Part shown: piece after piece, positions 8,780-18,615 of the stretch
Numbering within the stretch: the first letter of the stretch is position 1
Layout of the letters: every line of letters begins with the position of its first letter
Source of the DNA: a virus
Taxonomy: Duplodnaviria; Caudoviricetes
Length of the DNA: 30,710 bases
Virus record (IMG/VR): IMGVR_UViG_3300023214_000180
Span: 1 to 30,710 of that record
Reading direction: 5' to 3' (one strand)
Notes under the pieces: model-generated
What the model was told of the DNA's origin: nothing
The model's input: the letters and a program-made list of their open reading frames with translations, nothing else
Databases searched by the model: none
Made by a program: the position numbers and the translations under genes

Positions 8780-11700
8780 CTAATTGGCGCGCTCGAACAG
8801 CTCCGCTTCGGCCTCGTCGATCAGCTCGGGGTGGCGGCTCAGCAGTTCGGCCCGCGCCGCGCTGCGGTAGCGCGTGACGATGTTCTTGATGATCCGCGCC
8901 TTGCCGCCCTCGGCTCCGTCCGACGCCATCTCGTAGTCACCGCTCAGCGCGTGACGGCCTTCGACGATGGCGTTCAGCGTGTCCTTCGCGCCCATGCCGT
9001 CGATCTTCAGCCCGTTCCCGGCCAGCTCGATATACTCAGAGTAGATTTCCGGGCGGTTTTTCAACGGAATCGAAACCCCGCCCACGCTCAGGGCGCGCCG
9101 GGGCGTCCGGAGGTCCACGCCCAGCCGAATGATCTCGGAATCCACGGGCTCGGGGTCCTCGACCCGCGAATAAATCGGGGAAACCGCGTCGTAGGCCTTG
9201 CCGAGCCCGGACTGGTAGCTGATCGGCCGGCCCCACAGGTCCAGCCGCGGCGGCAGCGATTTCGACAGGCCCGGCACACGGTTCTTGATCTCGTCCATCA
9301 TGTCGGTTGTGGAGCGCATGACCGGATCCTCGACCCGCCGGATCGCCGGACCGATGTTGGGAACCGCGAACGCGGCGACGTTCCGCGTCAAGTAGCCCTC
9401 GCCGTAGCGTTGCGGGTCCGACATGAACTCGAAGAAATCGGACATGCCGGTCATGTAGGTCTTTGACATCGACACTTGGCCGATCGAGCCGACCGCCAGC
9501 GCGATCGCCTCGCCATGTTCCTCGGCGCCGAGTTCGGCCCAGTCGGTATTTGCCGTGATTTCCGCCATGTCCGCCGCCAGGCCGATAGTGATTCCGAGCG
9601 GGTCGAGCCGGTTATACTGCACCCAGCGGTCCCCGACCTTCACCGAGTAGGGCTGCCAGCCCGTTCGCAGGAGCGCCTCCCGCTGGCCGGGCTCGAGCGG
9701 ACCGCCGCCGGAGATCTGTCCGTTCATGGCCATGTCCGCGCTAATCATGCTGATCGCGGTGCCGAGATACATCTGCGTGCGGGCAATCTCGGCGTCCGCG
9801 CCGCCGCGCGCGATCGCCTCGCGATACTCCCGGAACATCGGGGCCACAGGCGAGCGCATGAATGAGAAGCGCAGCAGGTTCGCCGGCGTGTTGACGAACG
9901 GGAGCAGGATATGGCCAAGCGGCAGCGGACCGGCCCTTGCAGCATCGCGAAAGCGCAGGATGGCCGCCGTGGCTCCGCGCGGGGCGGGCGGATTCGTGAA
10001 CGTGCGTTCAAGCGCGGCCTGTCGCGCCGCCCGCTTCACCCCCGGCGGGGGGTTGTTGACCAGCTGCATCATGCGGCTCGTGCGCTGGCCCGCGTCGATG
10101 AATCCCTGCTCAAACTCGCGCTGCGCGGTGCGAAACGCCTGAGAATACAGCTCCCCGCGATAGTTCACCGTCTTGAAGAACGTGTCCGCGGCCCCGAGCG
10201 CATTGCCCGGAACCCGAATGAGCGGACCGATCGCATCGGCGGTCCGGCCCAGCATGGTCGAATTGTCCACGCCGAACGACTGCGAGGAGATCCGTCTCGG
10301 ACGGCGAGCCTCGACCTTCTCCGGACCGCCGACGATCCCCAGCTCGCGCACGGTTTCGTCGCCCACCTCTCCGCGGCGCAGGGCCGCCCCGACCGTCTTG
10401 GAGGCGTAACGCAGGGCATCCCGCGCCCCGTGCATCATGCCGATCGCCTGTTGCGTGGCCTCCCCGATCTGGACGCTATCGACCTGCGTGCCCATGACCC
10501 GGGCCAAGCGGGCCGCGCCGGCCTTCTCCATGACCGTGTAGGCCGCCGTCATGGTGTTGCCGATGGCGTTGACCATTTGGGTCTGCGGCGCCCACAGCAG
10601 GCCATTCTGCCACGCTTCGGCCACGGCGTCGGCCGTTTTCGCCATCGCGGCGCGCTCGACGATGCGGTCCACCTCGCCCCAGCGGTCCGGAGGCAAGCGG
10701 GACAGCTTCTCCGCCAGGCCCTTCGTCGCGTCGATCCCGCCGCTGGTTTCCAGCAGCTCCTCGATTTGACCGACGCGCTGGAAGCTGTCGCCGACGGGAA
10801 TCTGCCACTGTTGCAGGGCGCGCGCCGTCTCCGTCCGCGCGGCGATGACCTCGCGCTGGATGGAGTGGTGAACCGCCATCATGCGCCGGAACGCGAACAG
10901 GTTGCCTTCGGAAGGATTGTTCGCCGCGCGCTGCGCGACCTCACGCAGCTTCGAGGCGGAGTTGATCCACAGCTCGCGGACCGCGAGGCTCTGCTCGGCG
11001 TTAAGCGGCTGGCCCTGGCGCCGCGCCTTGAGCGTCTCCCATGCGTTGATCTGCTGCGCCGACGCCTTGGTCTGGATATTCGTCCGGACGCCGCGGCGGC
11101 CCTCGTCCACGCTTTTCGAGAAAGCGTCCGCCATCTGGCCGATGACCGAACGGATGTCGTCTTCGCTCTGGATGCGGCCGAAATTGATGTTGACGCGATC
11201 CCCGCCGAGATCGACGATTTGCTCCTGCGAGAGACCGCGGGCGCCGGCGGCGAGCTGCGCCACCTCCTCCTCGTCGAGATCGGTTTCCGTGCGGGGCCGT
11301 CCCTCCGCGCGCCGGGCCGCGGCCTCGACCTCTTCGCGCACCTGCTCCGGTCGGGCGCGCGGGTCGATGCCGAGCGCGTCGAGTTCCTGGCGAAGCCCGC
11401 GGCGCGCCTCGAGGACCGCAGCCGCATCCGCGTCAGCGGCGGAGTAGATGTTCGGACGGCCTTCGATCAGGTCGTCGCTCAGAAGCCGCATCAGGTCCGC
11501 GGCTGTCGGCTGCAGCGCGTCCGGGTCGGCCGGGCCGAAGAAGCCCGCCAGCCACGCCCTCTCGGCCGCCTCGTCCATGTCCAGGCCGGACGTGTTGTTC
11601 ACGAGGCCGGGCCGCGTGCGCAGGTCGCCGAGAATGGCGCGGACCTCCCCGCCGTCATCAATCACTCCCCCTTGGGCGCGCAGGAACTCGCCGAGACGCA

Positions 11701-12904
11701 TCGCCCTCGGAGGCTCCGCGCGCAGTTCATCCACCATCGCCATCAGGCCGTCCACGTCGTCGGCGCTGATCGGCGTGGGCTGGCCAGCGTCGCCAAACCG
11801 CTCCGGCTGCAGACGCGCGGTGGCCGCCTTCAGGCGCGTGGCCGCATCGCTGAGCGCCACCGCCTCGAGCGCCCCCTCGACCTCGACCGCGCCCTCGACC
11901 TCACGAACGCCGCCGGCGAGGAGGTCGTCCGTCGAAACCGGAACCGCCCCTTCCCCAAGAGCCGCTTCGAGATCGGCCTCGACCGTGGACGCCTTTTCTC
12001 CGAGGGCCTGTATCTCCGACGCCTGCGCCTCGGCCGCCTCGACGCGGGAAGCCGCGCGCCGCTTGGCCCGCATGGCGCGAAGGCCCTGCACGAAAGGCTC
12101 GGCGATCGCGCCCAGTCCGCCCCCCTCGAGCACCGACTTGATCCGGCCCTCCATCTCGGAATCATTGCCGTCCGCAGCGAGATAGCCCGTCACCGGGTTT
12201 TTCAGCGCCGGGACCGACTCCACCAGGTTCGACAGGCGCTCCTCCTGCGGGTCGAACACCGTGAAGTCCGCGATCGCGCCCTGCGTGAATCCGCGGGCGA
12301 CGTTGGCGATGTTGCCGCTCTGCTGGAGGATGCCGGCGCCCCTCAGAGCCGAGCCGCCGGCGGCGAAGCCGGTCAGGAATTGCGTGATGCCCTCGACCAG
12401 CATCCCGGTCGTCGTGTCCGGGTCCTCGACATCGGGGAGCTCGACACTGCCCGCGTCCGGATTGCCGATGGCCTCGCGAAATGCGGCCACGTCCTCCGGC
12501 GTCACCGTGGCGCCGAGCTTGAAACCGCCGGTCTCCGGGTCGATGAATGTCAGCCTCGGATCGAGATTCGTCGCCTCGGCGATCCGGTCGCCGACGCCCT
12601 CTGTCAGTTCCAGGGCCTCCTGCACCGCGTCACGGACGCCGCCGATTACCGCCCGCGGGAACTGCGGGACCGTGCGCGCCACGTCCGACGCGACCGGACC
12701 CGCAACATCGCCCACGGCATCGATCGCGCGCGCCGCCGCCCCGACCTGCCCCGGAGACGACGCGGCGACTTCCAGCGCGGACCGCGTGGCGTCCTTGCCC
12801 TCGGCCTTGCCGTGCTTGGCCCGGAGCCGCGCAAGGGCGTCGCCCCCGTCCTGCAGGTCGCGCTCGTAGTCCTGCTTCAGCTCACCCTTCAGATCATCGG
12901 CCAT
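8780..12904 (-). CDS. Large internal virion (ejection) protein, T7 gp16-like position
   Basis: About 1374 aa, helical and Ala/Arg-rich. C-terminal 'GGGP...LLRTGWQPYSVKVGDRWVQYNRLDPLG' motif typical of large podophage internal proteins; last of three genes after the nozzle. Confidence 0.8.
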   Translation of the reverse strand: MADDLKGELKQDYERDLQDGGDALARLRAKHGKAEGKDATRSALEVAASSPGQVGAAARAIDAVGDVAGPVASDVARTVPQFPRAVIGGVRDAVQEALELTEGVGDRIAEATNLDPRLTFIDPETGGFKLGATVTPEDVAAFREAIGNPDAGSVELPDVEDPDTTTGMLVEGITQFLTGFAAGGSALRGAGILQQSGNIANVARGFTQGAIADFTVFDPQEERLSNLVESVPALKNPVTGYLAADGNDSEMEGRIKSVLEGGGLGAIAEPFVQGLRAMRAKRRAASRVEAAEAQASEIQALGEKASTVEADLEAALGEGAVPVSTDDLLAGGVREVEGAVEVEGALEAVALSDAATRLKAATARLQPERFGDAGQPTPISADDVDGLMAMVDELRAEPPRAMRLGEFLRAQGGVIDDGGEVRAILGDLRTRPGLVNNTSGLDMDEAAERAWLAGFFGPADPDALQPTAADLMRLLSDDLIEGRPNIYSAADADAAAVLEARRGLRQELDALGIDPRARPEQVREEVEAAARRAEGRPRTETDLDEEEVAQLAAGARGLSQEQIVDLGGDRVNINFGRIQSEDDIRSVIGQMADAFSKSVDEGRRGVRTNIQTKASAQQINAWETLKARRQGQPLNAEQSLAVRELWINSASKLREVAQRAANNPSEGNLFAFRRMMAVHHSIQREVIAARTETARALQQWQIPVGDSFQRVGQIEELLETSGGIDATKGLAEKLSRLPPDRWGEVDRIVERAAMAKTADAVAEAWQNGLLWAPQTQMVNAIGNTMTAAYTVMEKAGAARLARVMGTQVDSVQIGEATQQAIGMMHGARDALRYASKTVGAALRRGEVGDETVRELGIVGGPEKVEARRPRRISSQSFGVDNSTMLGRTADAIGPLIRVPGNALGAADTFFKTVNYRGELYSQAFRTAQREFEQGFIDAGQRTSRMMQLVNNPPPGVKRAARQAALERTFTNPPAPRGATAAILRFRDAARAGPLPLGHILLPFVNTPANLLRFSFMRSPVAPMFREYREAIARGGADAEIARTQMYLGTAISMISADMAMNGQISGGGPLEPGQREALLRTGWQPYSVKVGDRWVQYNRLDPLGITIGLAADMAEITANTDWAELGAEEHGEAIALAVGSIGQVSMSKTYMTGMSDFFEFMSDPQRYGEGYLTRNVAAFAVPNIGPAIRRVEDPVMRSTTDMMDEIKNRVPGLSKSLPPRLDLWGRPISYQSGLGKAYDAVSPIYSRVEDPEPVDSEIIRLGVDLRTPRRALSVGGVSIPLKNRPEIYSEYIELAGNGLKIDGMGAKDTLNAIVEGRHALSGDYEMASDGAEGGKARIIKNIVTRYRSAARAELLSRHPELIDEAEAELFERAN

Positions 12905-14510
12905 CAACGGCCCCCATCGCCTCTATGGCGTCGCGATAGGCTTCCAGCTTCGCAGCTTCCTGCCGTAATTGGTCTTCCGGCATATCGGCCTCCAGGAGCG
13001 ACTGCTCAAGACGGTCCACCTCGCCCAGCGTCACCGGGCGCGCGCCGTTCCAGAGCGGCGGCATGTCGGGATCGACCAGCGCCGCGCCGCCGAACCGGCG
13101 CGCGATCGAGCGGGCCTGGTCGCGAACATCTTCCCGCTCCGCCTCCGGGTTTTCCTCGAACCAGTCGAACAGCGCAGCCTCCGCCTCGGCGCGCTTGGAC
13201 TCGAAGACCGTGCTGAAACCAGCCAGCGGGCTTTGCGCGAAGCCGGCGTCGATCAGGTCCACGCCCGCTTGCAGCGTGTCGCTCTGCGCCGATTCCGCCG
13301 TGTTCATGAGCGTCGAGAACTGCGACCCGGAGATGAGTCCCTGCGCCACCGCCTGCAGCGCCTCGCTCTCGATCTCCTCGCCGCGGCGGGCGCGGGACGA
13401 AAACTGCGCGAACACAAGATCGTCTCCATCCCCGCCATCGCTGCTGACGATCTGGCGTCCAGCCGACAGGGCCGTGGCGGACAGGCGGCCTCGGTTCTCG
13501 ATCAGCCACTCCGCGGTAAGCTGGTCCTGCAGGGCGAGCACCTGCATCTCCTCGGCGGCCGCCGCCTCGATTTGCTCGATCTGCGCCGCGGCGCGCGCCT
13601 CGGCGCGGCGCTCCTCCGCCCACCGCGCGTTCTCGATCTCGGAGAGCTCGCGAACCCGCGTCCGAAGACGGTTGTGAAGATCCTGGCGCGCGTCGCTGCT
13701 GATCTGCAGGCTCTCGTCGCGGGCCAGCTCGTCAGCGCGGTCAAGCGCGGCGGACACGCCCTTCTCGTTGAACACGCCCGCGATGTCCTGCTCCATCACC
13801 GAGCCCGAGACCCTCAGCTCAAAATCCCTGAGGAACGCCTGGCCCTGTTCTTCGGTGTAGGGGATCACCGGGTTATCAACGAGCTGATCGTTGAGCGCGA
13901 GGACTTCATCGACGAGGGACTCGTATTCCTCGCCCCCGATGGCCCCGTCGCCGGCCGTGTCCACGAGCGTCTCGATCTGCCCCATCACGTTCTGGCGCTG
14001 CTGCAGGATCGCCAGCTTCGCCTCCTCAGCCGTGACCCGCTTCTGCTCGCGGGACACGGTCAGGAGCCCGGCGTTCATGCGCGCATCGAGCATGTCCTGA
14101 ATCTCGACATTGAAGTCCAGCGGCGCGCCGGAGACGTATTCGTTGACGAAATCGGACGCGGCTTTCTCGAAGCCTTCCGGGTCCGCAGCGTGATCGGTCG
14201 AGAGCCGGATCGCGGCCCTGTCCGCGTCCATGCGCGCCTTGGCCAGAAGCCGGGCTTCCGCGGCCGCGTTGAAGGCCGCGTCCTCCGCGTTCAGGACCGT
14301 GCGCCGGTCCACCTCGCCCGATTCCGCCGCCTCGCGCCCCTGCTGACGCGCTCGCTCGACCAGCGCCGGCTCGAGAATCTCGTTGACCTGCTGCGCCGCC
14401 CGGCGAATGGAGTCGAACGACGACGACATGGCGCGCGCCGCGGCGGCGCTGCCGCGGATTTCCGTCAGCCGCGTCAGGCCGGCGGGTCGGATGCCCGGCA
14501 GCTCAGCCAC
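12894..14510 (-). CDS. Internal virion (ejection) protein, gp15-like position
   Basis: 538 aa helical acidic protein with 'ADPEGFEKA'; overlaps both neighbours. Confidence 0.65.
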   Translation of the reverse strand: MAELPGIRPAGLTRLTEIRGSAAAARAMSSSFDSIRRAAQQVNEILEPALVERARQQGREAAESGEVDRRTVLNAEDAAFNAAAEARLLAKARMDADRAAIRLSTDHAADPEGFEKAASDFVNEYVSGAPLDFNVEIQDMLDARMNAGLLTVSREQKRVTAEEAKLAILQQRQNVMGQIETLVDTAGDGAIGGEEYESLVDEVLALNDQLVDNPVIPYTEEQGQAFLRDFELRVSGSVMEQDIAGVFNEKGVSAALDRADELARDESLQISSDARQDLHNRLRTRVRELSEIENARWAEERRAEARAAAQIEQIEAAAAEEMQVLALQDQLTAEWLIENRGRLSATALSAGRQIVSSDGGDGDDLVFAQFSSRARRGEEIESEALQAVAQGLISGSQFSTLMNTAESAQSDTLQAGVDLIDAGFAQSPLAGFSTVFESKRAEAEAALFDWFEENPEAEREDVRDQARSIARRFGGAALVDPDMPPLWNGARPVTLGEVDRLEQSLLEADMPEDQLRQEAAKLEAYRDAIEAMGAVDGR

Positions 14511-14961
14511 CGCCGAAACCCTTGTCGAACCGGCTCGCGGCCGAAGCGAACGAGGGCAGGCCCTCGGCTATGCCCCCGATCACCGCGAATGGCGCGGCGC
14601 GGCGCAGGGAGGACGTCTCGGTGCGCTTCGACACCGCGCCCAAGCGCTCGCCCAGCACCTCGCGCGACTCTGCCCTGCGGCTCTCTCTGCGCGCCTGCGC
14701 CCGGATCGCCGCCGCGTTCGGGGAATCGCCGCTCACGCCGCGAGCCGCCCGGATCGTGTTGATGGCCGCGATCGTGTCGTTGAGTTCGGCGCGCCGGTCG
14801 GCGGACGCCTGGTCGGCCCGGAGTTCGGCGATCTGCGCCTCGAACTCGGCGGACTTGGCCTGCGACTTCAGGGCCGCGCGCCGGCTGAACCCGGACGCGA
14901 TGGATGCCGCCCCGCTGACGGCGGAAGTCACGCCCGCGGCAATGGTGAACGGATCGGCCAT
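14503..14961 (-). CDS. Small internal virion (ejection) protein, gp14-like position
   Basis: MADPFTIAAGVTSAVSGAASIASG N-terminus, 'AARGVSGDS' motif and Gly/Ala-rich tail; follows the nozzle gene. Confidence 0.7.
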   Translation of the reverse strand: MADPFTIAAGVTSAVSGAASIASGFSRRAALKSQAKSAEFEAQIAELRADQASADRRAELNDTIAAINTIRAARGVSGDSPNAAAIRAQARRESRRAESREVLGERLGAVSKRTETSSLRRAAPFAVIGGIAEGLPSFASAASRFDKGFGGG

Positions 14962-17079
14962 CTAGCTCGCGACCTCCATCGTGATAGCGCGCGTTTCCAG
15001 CGGCGCGCCCTCCCCCACATATTGCTCGATCGACAGCTGCGGCGCGTCGTTCCAGCCAAGCTGAAAGGCCCGCTCCGTCCGGCTGCGCGTGAAACCCACG
15101 ATCGACAGGTCGTCGCCGCCCTCGTAGGGCGACTTCAGGGACCCGTTGAGCCGGAACGCGCCGGTATCGAGCACGTCCACCCGGCCCGAGACTATGCGCT
15201 GGCGCTCCCAGCCGATGTTCGGGCTGATCGGCGGCGCCGGCTCCATCTCCAGCGCGAAATCCACGCCCAGCGTCTTTCCGGCCCCCGGCGCTTCGTCCGG
15301 CATCTCGCCCGAGCCGTCGAGCGTGCCGAACTCGGTCACGGTCTTGTTCTCGACCACCACCGACTCCGTCGAGGCGCGGCCCGCCTGCGCGGACGAGTAG
15401 TCCAGCTCGTCGTCAGCGATGGCGGAAAACTTGAACTGGCAGAGACGGTCCTCGCCGTCGATCGAGGCCGACAGATACACGTCGTCGGCGCTGGTGATGA
15501 CGTCGCGCCAGGTCCCACGCCCCCGGCTCCACACGCCCCACCCGGTCACGTCCGATCCGCGGCGATACATCACCACGGTTAGCGTCCCGTCATCGTTGAG
15601 GATATAGACCAGCCGCTCCGAGCGCCCGTCGATGCCGTTCGAGATGGCCAGCCGGGTCGGCATCCCGATCAGGTCATAGGACAGCTCGCTCAGCTCTATG
15701 ATCGCCCACGACCGGCGGATGTTCCCGGTCGGGATCACGGCCATGAGGCGCTTGGCGTCTTCGTCGATGAACAGGACGCCCTCGTTGGCCAGCGCCGGGG
15801 GAACGTCCGACGCCCCCTCCGGGCCGATCCGGAGAAACTCGACCGACTCCGGCGTGATCGGGTTTTCCGCCGATTCCGGGACGTAATACGCTCCGCGGTC
15901 CGTGAACACGATCAGCTGCTCGGCGGACACGAAATGGCGAACCTCCGAGTTCGGATCGTGGCCGAGGCGCTCGATGAACCCGTCCGCGGCCGTCAGGGTC
16001 CCGCCGGTGAAGAACTCCGTGAAATTGTTGACCGCCGAGGCGGCGATCGCATCCGGCGCATCCCGGAACCGCCCGAGAAACAGCCGCCCGCGATGGACGG
16101 CGATTGTGCCCGGATAGCCGCGCATGTCGGACACCATCTGCTCGTCCCAAATGCTCGTCCCGATGGGCGAGGCGACCGACGCCACCGAGGAGATGTCCAC
16201 CGCCGACTCCGGGCCGATCAGCTTGTTCGGGTCTCCCGTGCCCGGCACGTCCGGCTCATCGTAACTGTCGCGCATGATGACCCGGACGACGGTTCCCGAC
16301 ACCACCTGCGCGACCACCGCGTTCAGCTCGTCGATCTCGGTCTGGACGACCTGACCGACCTTGAACCCGATCGTGTTCGTCACCGTGATGTCCACGGTCG
16401 GGTAGAGCCGGGACTTGATCGTGCAGGTTCCGTTCTGCCCGTCCGTCACGCTGTCGATCTCGACCTCGTTGGCCTGCATGTAGCGGAACCGCGCCCCGAC
16501 ATGATCGGCCGTGAGCACGTCTTCGTCGAACGTAATCGAAACCCCGGACCCGGAGTATGCGCCGATCGTCATGATGGCGTTGGGCTGGCCGAAGCGGAAA
16601 TAGGGCTGGAGGATCTCGTTGCCCGACCCGCCCTGGAACGCGAAATCGCTCCGATCCCAGGTGTTTGGCCCGCCGCGCGTGAACACCTGCGTCTTGAACG
16701 CCTGGTGGGAGACATAGACCGTGTCCTGGTCGGACTCGAACACCAGCGAGTCCAGCTCGTCCTCGCTCCACGGGATGTTCGACGGAAAGGTTCGGGTCTT
16801 GGTCCCGTCCGGATCGTAGATGTCGAGCCGGCCATCGGTCAGAACGAAAATTTCCACGCCGTCCTGGCCCTTGTATTCGTAGATGCGCGGCTTGGCCGCG
16901 AGCAGAACCGCCAGCTCCACCGAGCCGGGCCGGCGCATGAACCCGCCGGAGCTTTTCAGGAAGGCGTTTCGGAGCCGACGGCACGCGCGCACAAGCTGGT
17001 CGCTGTCGGCGCGACGCAGGTAGTCGTCCGAGAGTTCGCCATACTCGAAGTTGGCGCGGAAATCCCGCCGGCGCGCCAT
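14962..17079 (-). CDS. Tail tubular protein B (nozzle)
   Basis: 705 aa from the TGATG-coupled ATG at 17079; 'NFEYGELS...LRNAFLKSSGGFMRRPGS' and 'GYPGTIAVHRGRLFLG' motifs. Confidence 0.85.
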   Translation of the reverse strand: MARRRDFRANFEYGELSDDYLRRADSDQLVRACRRLRNAFLKSSGGFMRRPGSVELAVLLAAKPRIYEYKGQDGVEIFVLTDGRLDIYDPDGTKTRTFPSNIPWSEDELDSLVFESDQDTVYVSHQAFKTQVFTRGGPNTWDRSDFAFQGGSGNEILQPYFRFGQPNAIMTIGAYSGSGVSITFDEDVLTADHVGARFRYMQANEVEIDSVTDGQNGTCTIKSRLYPTVDITVTNTIGFKVGQVVQTEIDELNAVVAQVVSGTVVRVIMRDSYDEPDVPGTGDPNKLIGPESAVDISSVASVASPIGTSIWDEQMVSDMRGYPGTIAVHRGRLFLGRFRDAPDAIAASAVNNFTEFFTGGTLTAADGFIERLGHDPNSEVRHFVSAEQLIVFTDRGAYYVPESAENPITPESVEFLRIGPEGASDVPPALANEGVLFIDEDAKRLMAVIPTGNIRRSWAIIELSELSYDLIGMPTRLAISNGIDGRSERLVYILNDDGTLTVVMYRRGSDVTGWGVWSRGRGTWRDVITSADDVYLSASIDGEDRLCQFKFSAIADDELDYSSAQAGRASTESVVVENKTVTEFGTLDGSGEMPDEAPGAGKTLGVDFALEMEPAPPISPNIGWERQRIVSGRVDVLDTGAFRLNGSLKSPYEGGDDLSIVGFTRSRTERAFQLGWNDAPQLSIEQYVGEGAPLETRAITMEVAS

Positions 17080-17705
17080 CAGGTCCCGCTCTTGGCCGCT
17101 GTGCGCAGGGTGTCGCTCTTGAGCCGGCTGCCGCGCCACGCGCTCACCAGCTTCGGATCGGGCGTAATCTCCGGGCCGCGGTGGGCGTTCCGGTCACGGG
17201 CGCGGGCGATCACAACCTGGCGGGCGGCGCTCTGTTCGAGCCGATCCGCGTCCGCGGGCCGATCAAGAAGGCCGCGGGCGAGATACGCCGCCAGCCGCCA
17301 GACGATCACCTTGGCGAAATCGCCCGGCCAATCGGATTCATCGGCCCGGAAATTGTAGAGGAGCATGATGCCATCATCGACATCGGCCAGGAGCTTGCCG
17401 CCCCGGATCTCGTAATCGGTGAACCGGACCTTGTTCAGCAGCACCGCCCGCGGCGTGAGCACGTCGGGCGGAATCTGGAAGGCGTAGGCGGGCGAGTCGC
17501 CCGTCTCGCCCTGCAGCGTCAGGGTCGCGCGCTTCGTGGCAAAGGACCAGCCGTGGCTCGTCAGGGCGTCCCGGACGATCATTTCGTAGCCCGCCTTGGC
17601 CGTCACTGCCTCGTCGGACTGGTCGTTGATCGAGGTCGGGGGCTGCGCGCCCACCAGCGGCATCGCCGCGCGATAGACTTCGACTTGGGAGGCGAACGTG
17701 GTCAT
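17079..17705 (-). CDS. Tail tubular protein A (head-tail adaptor)
   Basis: 'HGWSFATKRATL...YAFQIPPD...WPGDFAKVIVWRLAAYLA' motif set. Confidence 0.85.
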   Translation of the reverse strand: MTTFASQVEVYRAAMPLVGAQPPTSINDQSDEAVTAKAGYEMIVRDALTSHGWSFATKRATLTLQGETGDSPAYAFQIPPDVLTPRAVLLNKVRFTDYEIRGGKLLADVDDGIMLLYNFRADESDWPGDFAKVIVWRLAAYLARGLLDRPADADRLEQSAARQVVIARARDRNAHRGPEITPDPKLVSAWRGSRLKSDTLRTAAKSGT

Positions 17706-17746
17706 GCCGCAATGTGCGCCTCAGCGAAAATCTCCCTCAACGCACC
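17705..17746 (-). promoter_or_regulatory. Putative late promoter (copy 3), leaderless start
   Basis: GGTGCGTTGAG at 17746-17736; ATG at 17705 exactly 35 nt downstream; CACATT at -11..-6; no SD; immediately after a terminator. Confidence 0.7.
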
Positions 17747-17750
17747 TATG

Positions 17751-17777
17751 AAAAGGGCGGGGCTCGCGGCCCCGCCC
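17751..17777 (-). terminator. Rho-independent terminator after the head operon
   Basis: - strand GGGCGGGGC-CGCGA-GCCCCGCCC-TTTT: perfect 9-bp stem plus U tract. Confidence 0.85.
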
Positions 17778-17802
17778 CTCTGCACTCCGCCTGAGCTTGC
17801 CG

Positions 17803-18138
17803 TTAAGCCGACTGGCCCTTGGCGATTTCCTCCGCGGCCTCGAGGATGCGGGCCTTGCGGTCGTCCTGCTTGAGACCGTTCCACTCGTCCATGTCCAGGC
17901 CGGACTTCTGGAACGCGGCGATCATCGCCGAGCGCGTATCGACCGGCATCTCCAGCGAGGTCTGGACCGCCTTGGGCTGCTGGAAGTAGCCCTTCAGCTT
18001 GTCCGCGTCGGGCTTGGCCTCCTTCCCGGCCCGCTCCATCCAGCGGTCGGAGAAGTGCGCCTTGTCCTCGAGGACGAAGACGCTCCCCTCCCGCCGTCGC
18101 GTGCCGTAGAACCCCGGCCTGGTCGCCTGGACCTTCAT
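17803..18138 (-). CDS. Head-operon hypothetical protein
   Basis: 111 aa; 'MKVQATRPGFYG...FSDRWME' N-domain and 'SGLDMDEWNGL' C-terminal motif; follows the cement gene. Confidence 0.7.
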   Translation of the reverse strand: MKVQATRPGFYGTRRREGSVFVLEDKAHFSDRWMERAGKEAKPDADKLKGYFQQPKAVQTSLEMPVDTRSAMIAAFQKSGLDMDEWNGLKQDDRKARILEAAEEIAKGQSA

Positions 18139-18141
18139 CGG

Positions 18142-18606
18142 TTAGGCAACCACGTTCGCGGCTTGCGGATAGTGATAGATGCGGTGCGGGTCCTTGGTCA
18201 GGAAGGCCGAGAACTTGCCCGCCGTCAGAGCCTCGCCGGTGATGTTGTATTGCACCGCGAGATACCGCTCGTAAGCGTTCACGCCGCCGTTCGGGAGCGC
18301 GACCATCGCCACGACGTTGCCCGCCAGCAGGCTCGCCTCCGCGATCGCCCCCGTGGAGAAGTGATCCGTCGCCGACCCGTCCGTCGCGACCGAAGCCGCC
18401 GAGTCCGACGCCAGGATGAACTCCACCGAAGCGCCGTCGCCGGTCGAGTCCGCGTCCTCCTCGCACACGATGCCGAGATAGAGCGGCTCGCCCGCGCCGG
18501 GATCGACCGCGACCGCGCCGGTGTCCACAACGTTCGTCGAGTTGTTCCGACCCGTGCTCGTGGGAGCCTGCGCGTCGGAGAATTCCAGTAGGCTGTCAAT
18601 AATCAT
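18142..18606 (-). CDS. Capsid cement/decoration protein (BPP-1 Bbp16-like)
   Basis: 'MIIDSLLEFSDAQA...STNVVD...YERYLAVQYNI...TAGKFSAFL', directly after the major capsid gene. Confidence 0.8.
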   Translation of the reverse strand: MIIDSLLEFSDAQAPTSTGRNNSTNVVDTGAVAVDPGAGEPLYLGIVCEEDADSTGDGASVEFILASDSAASVATDGSATDHFSTGAIAEASLLAGNVVAMVALPNGGVNAYERYLAVQYNITGEALTAGKFSAFLTKDPHRIYHYPQAANVVA

Positions 18607-18615
18607 CGCCGCCCC

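Noticed and set aside
9911-13216. Very long + strand ORFs (also 769-3150, 12969-14762, 20940-22571, 23040-24917)
   Set aside because: Antisense shadows of real - strand genes caused by GC-rich codon bias; Arg/Ala/Gly-rich with no recognisable motifs.
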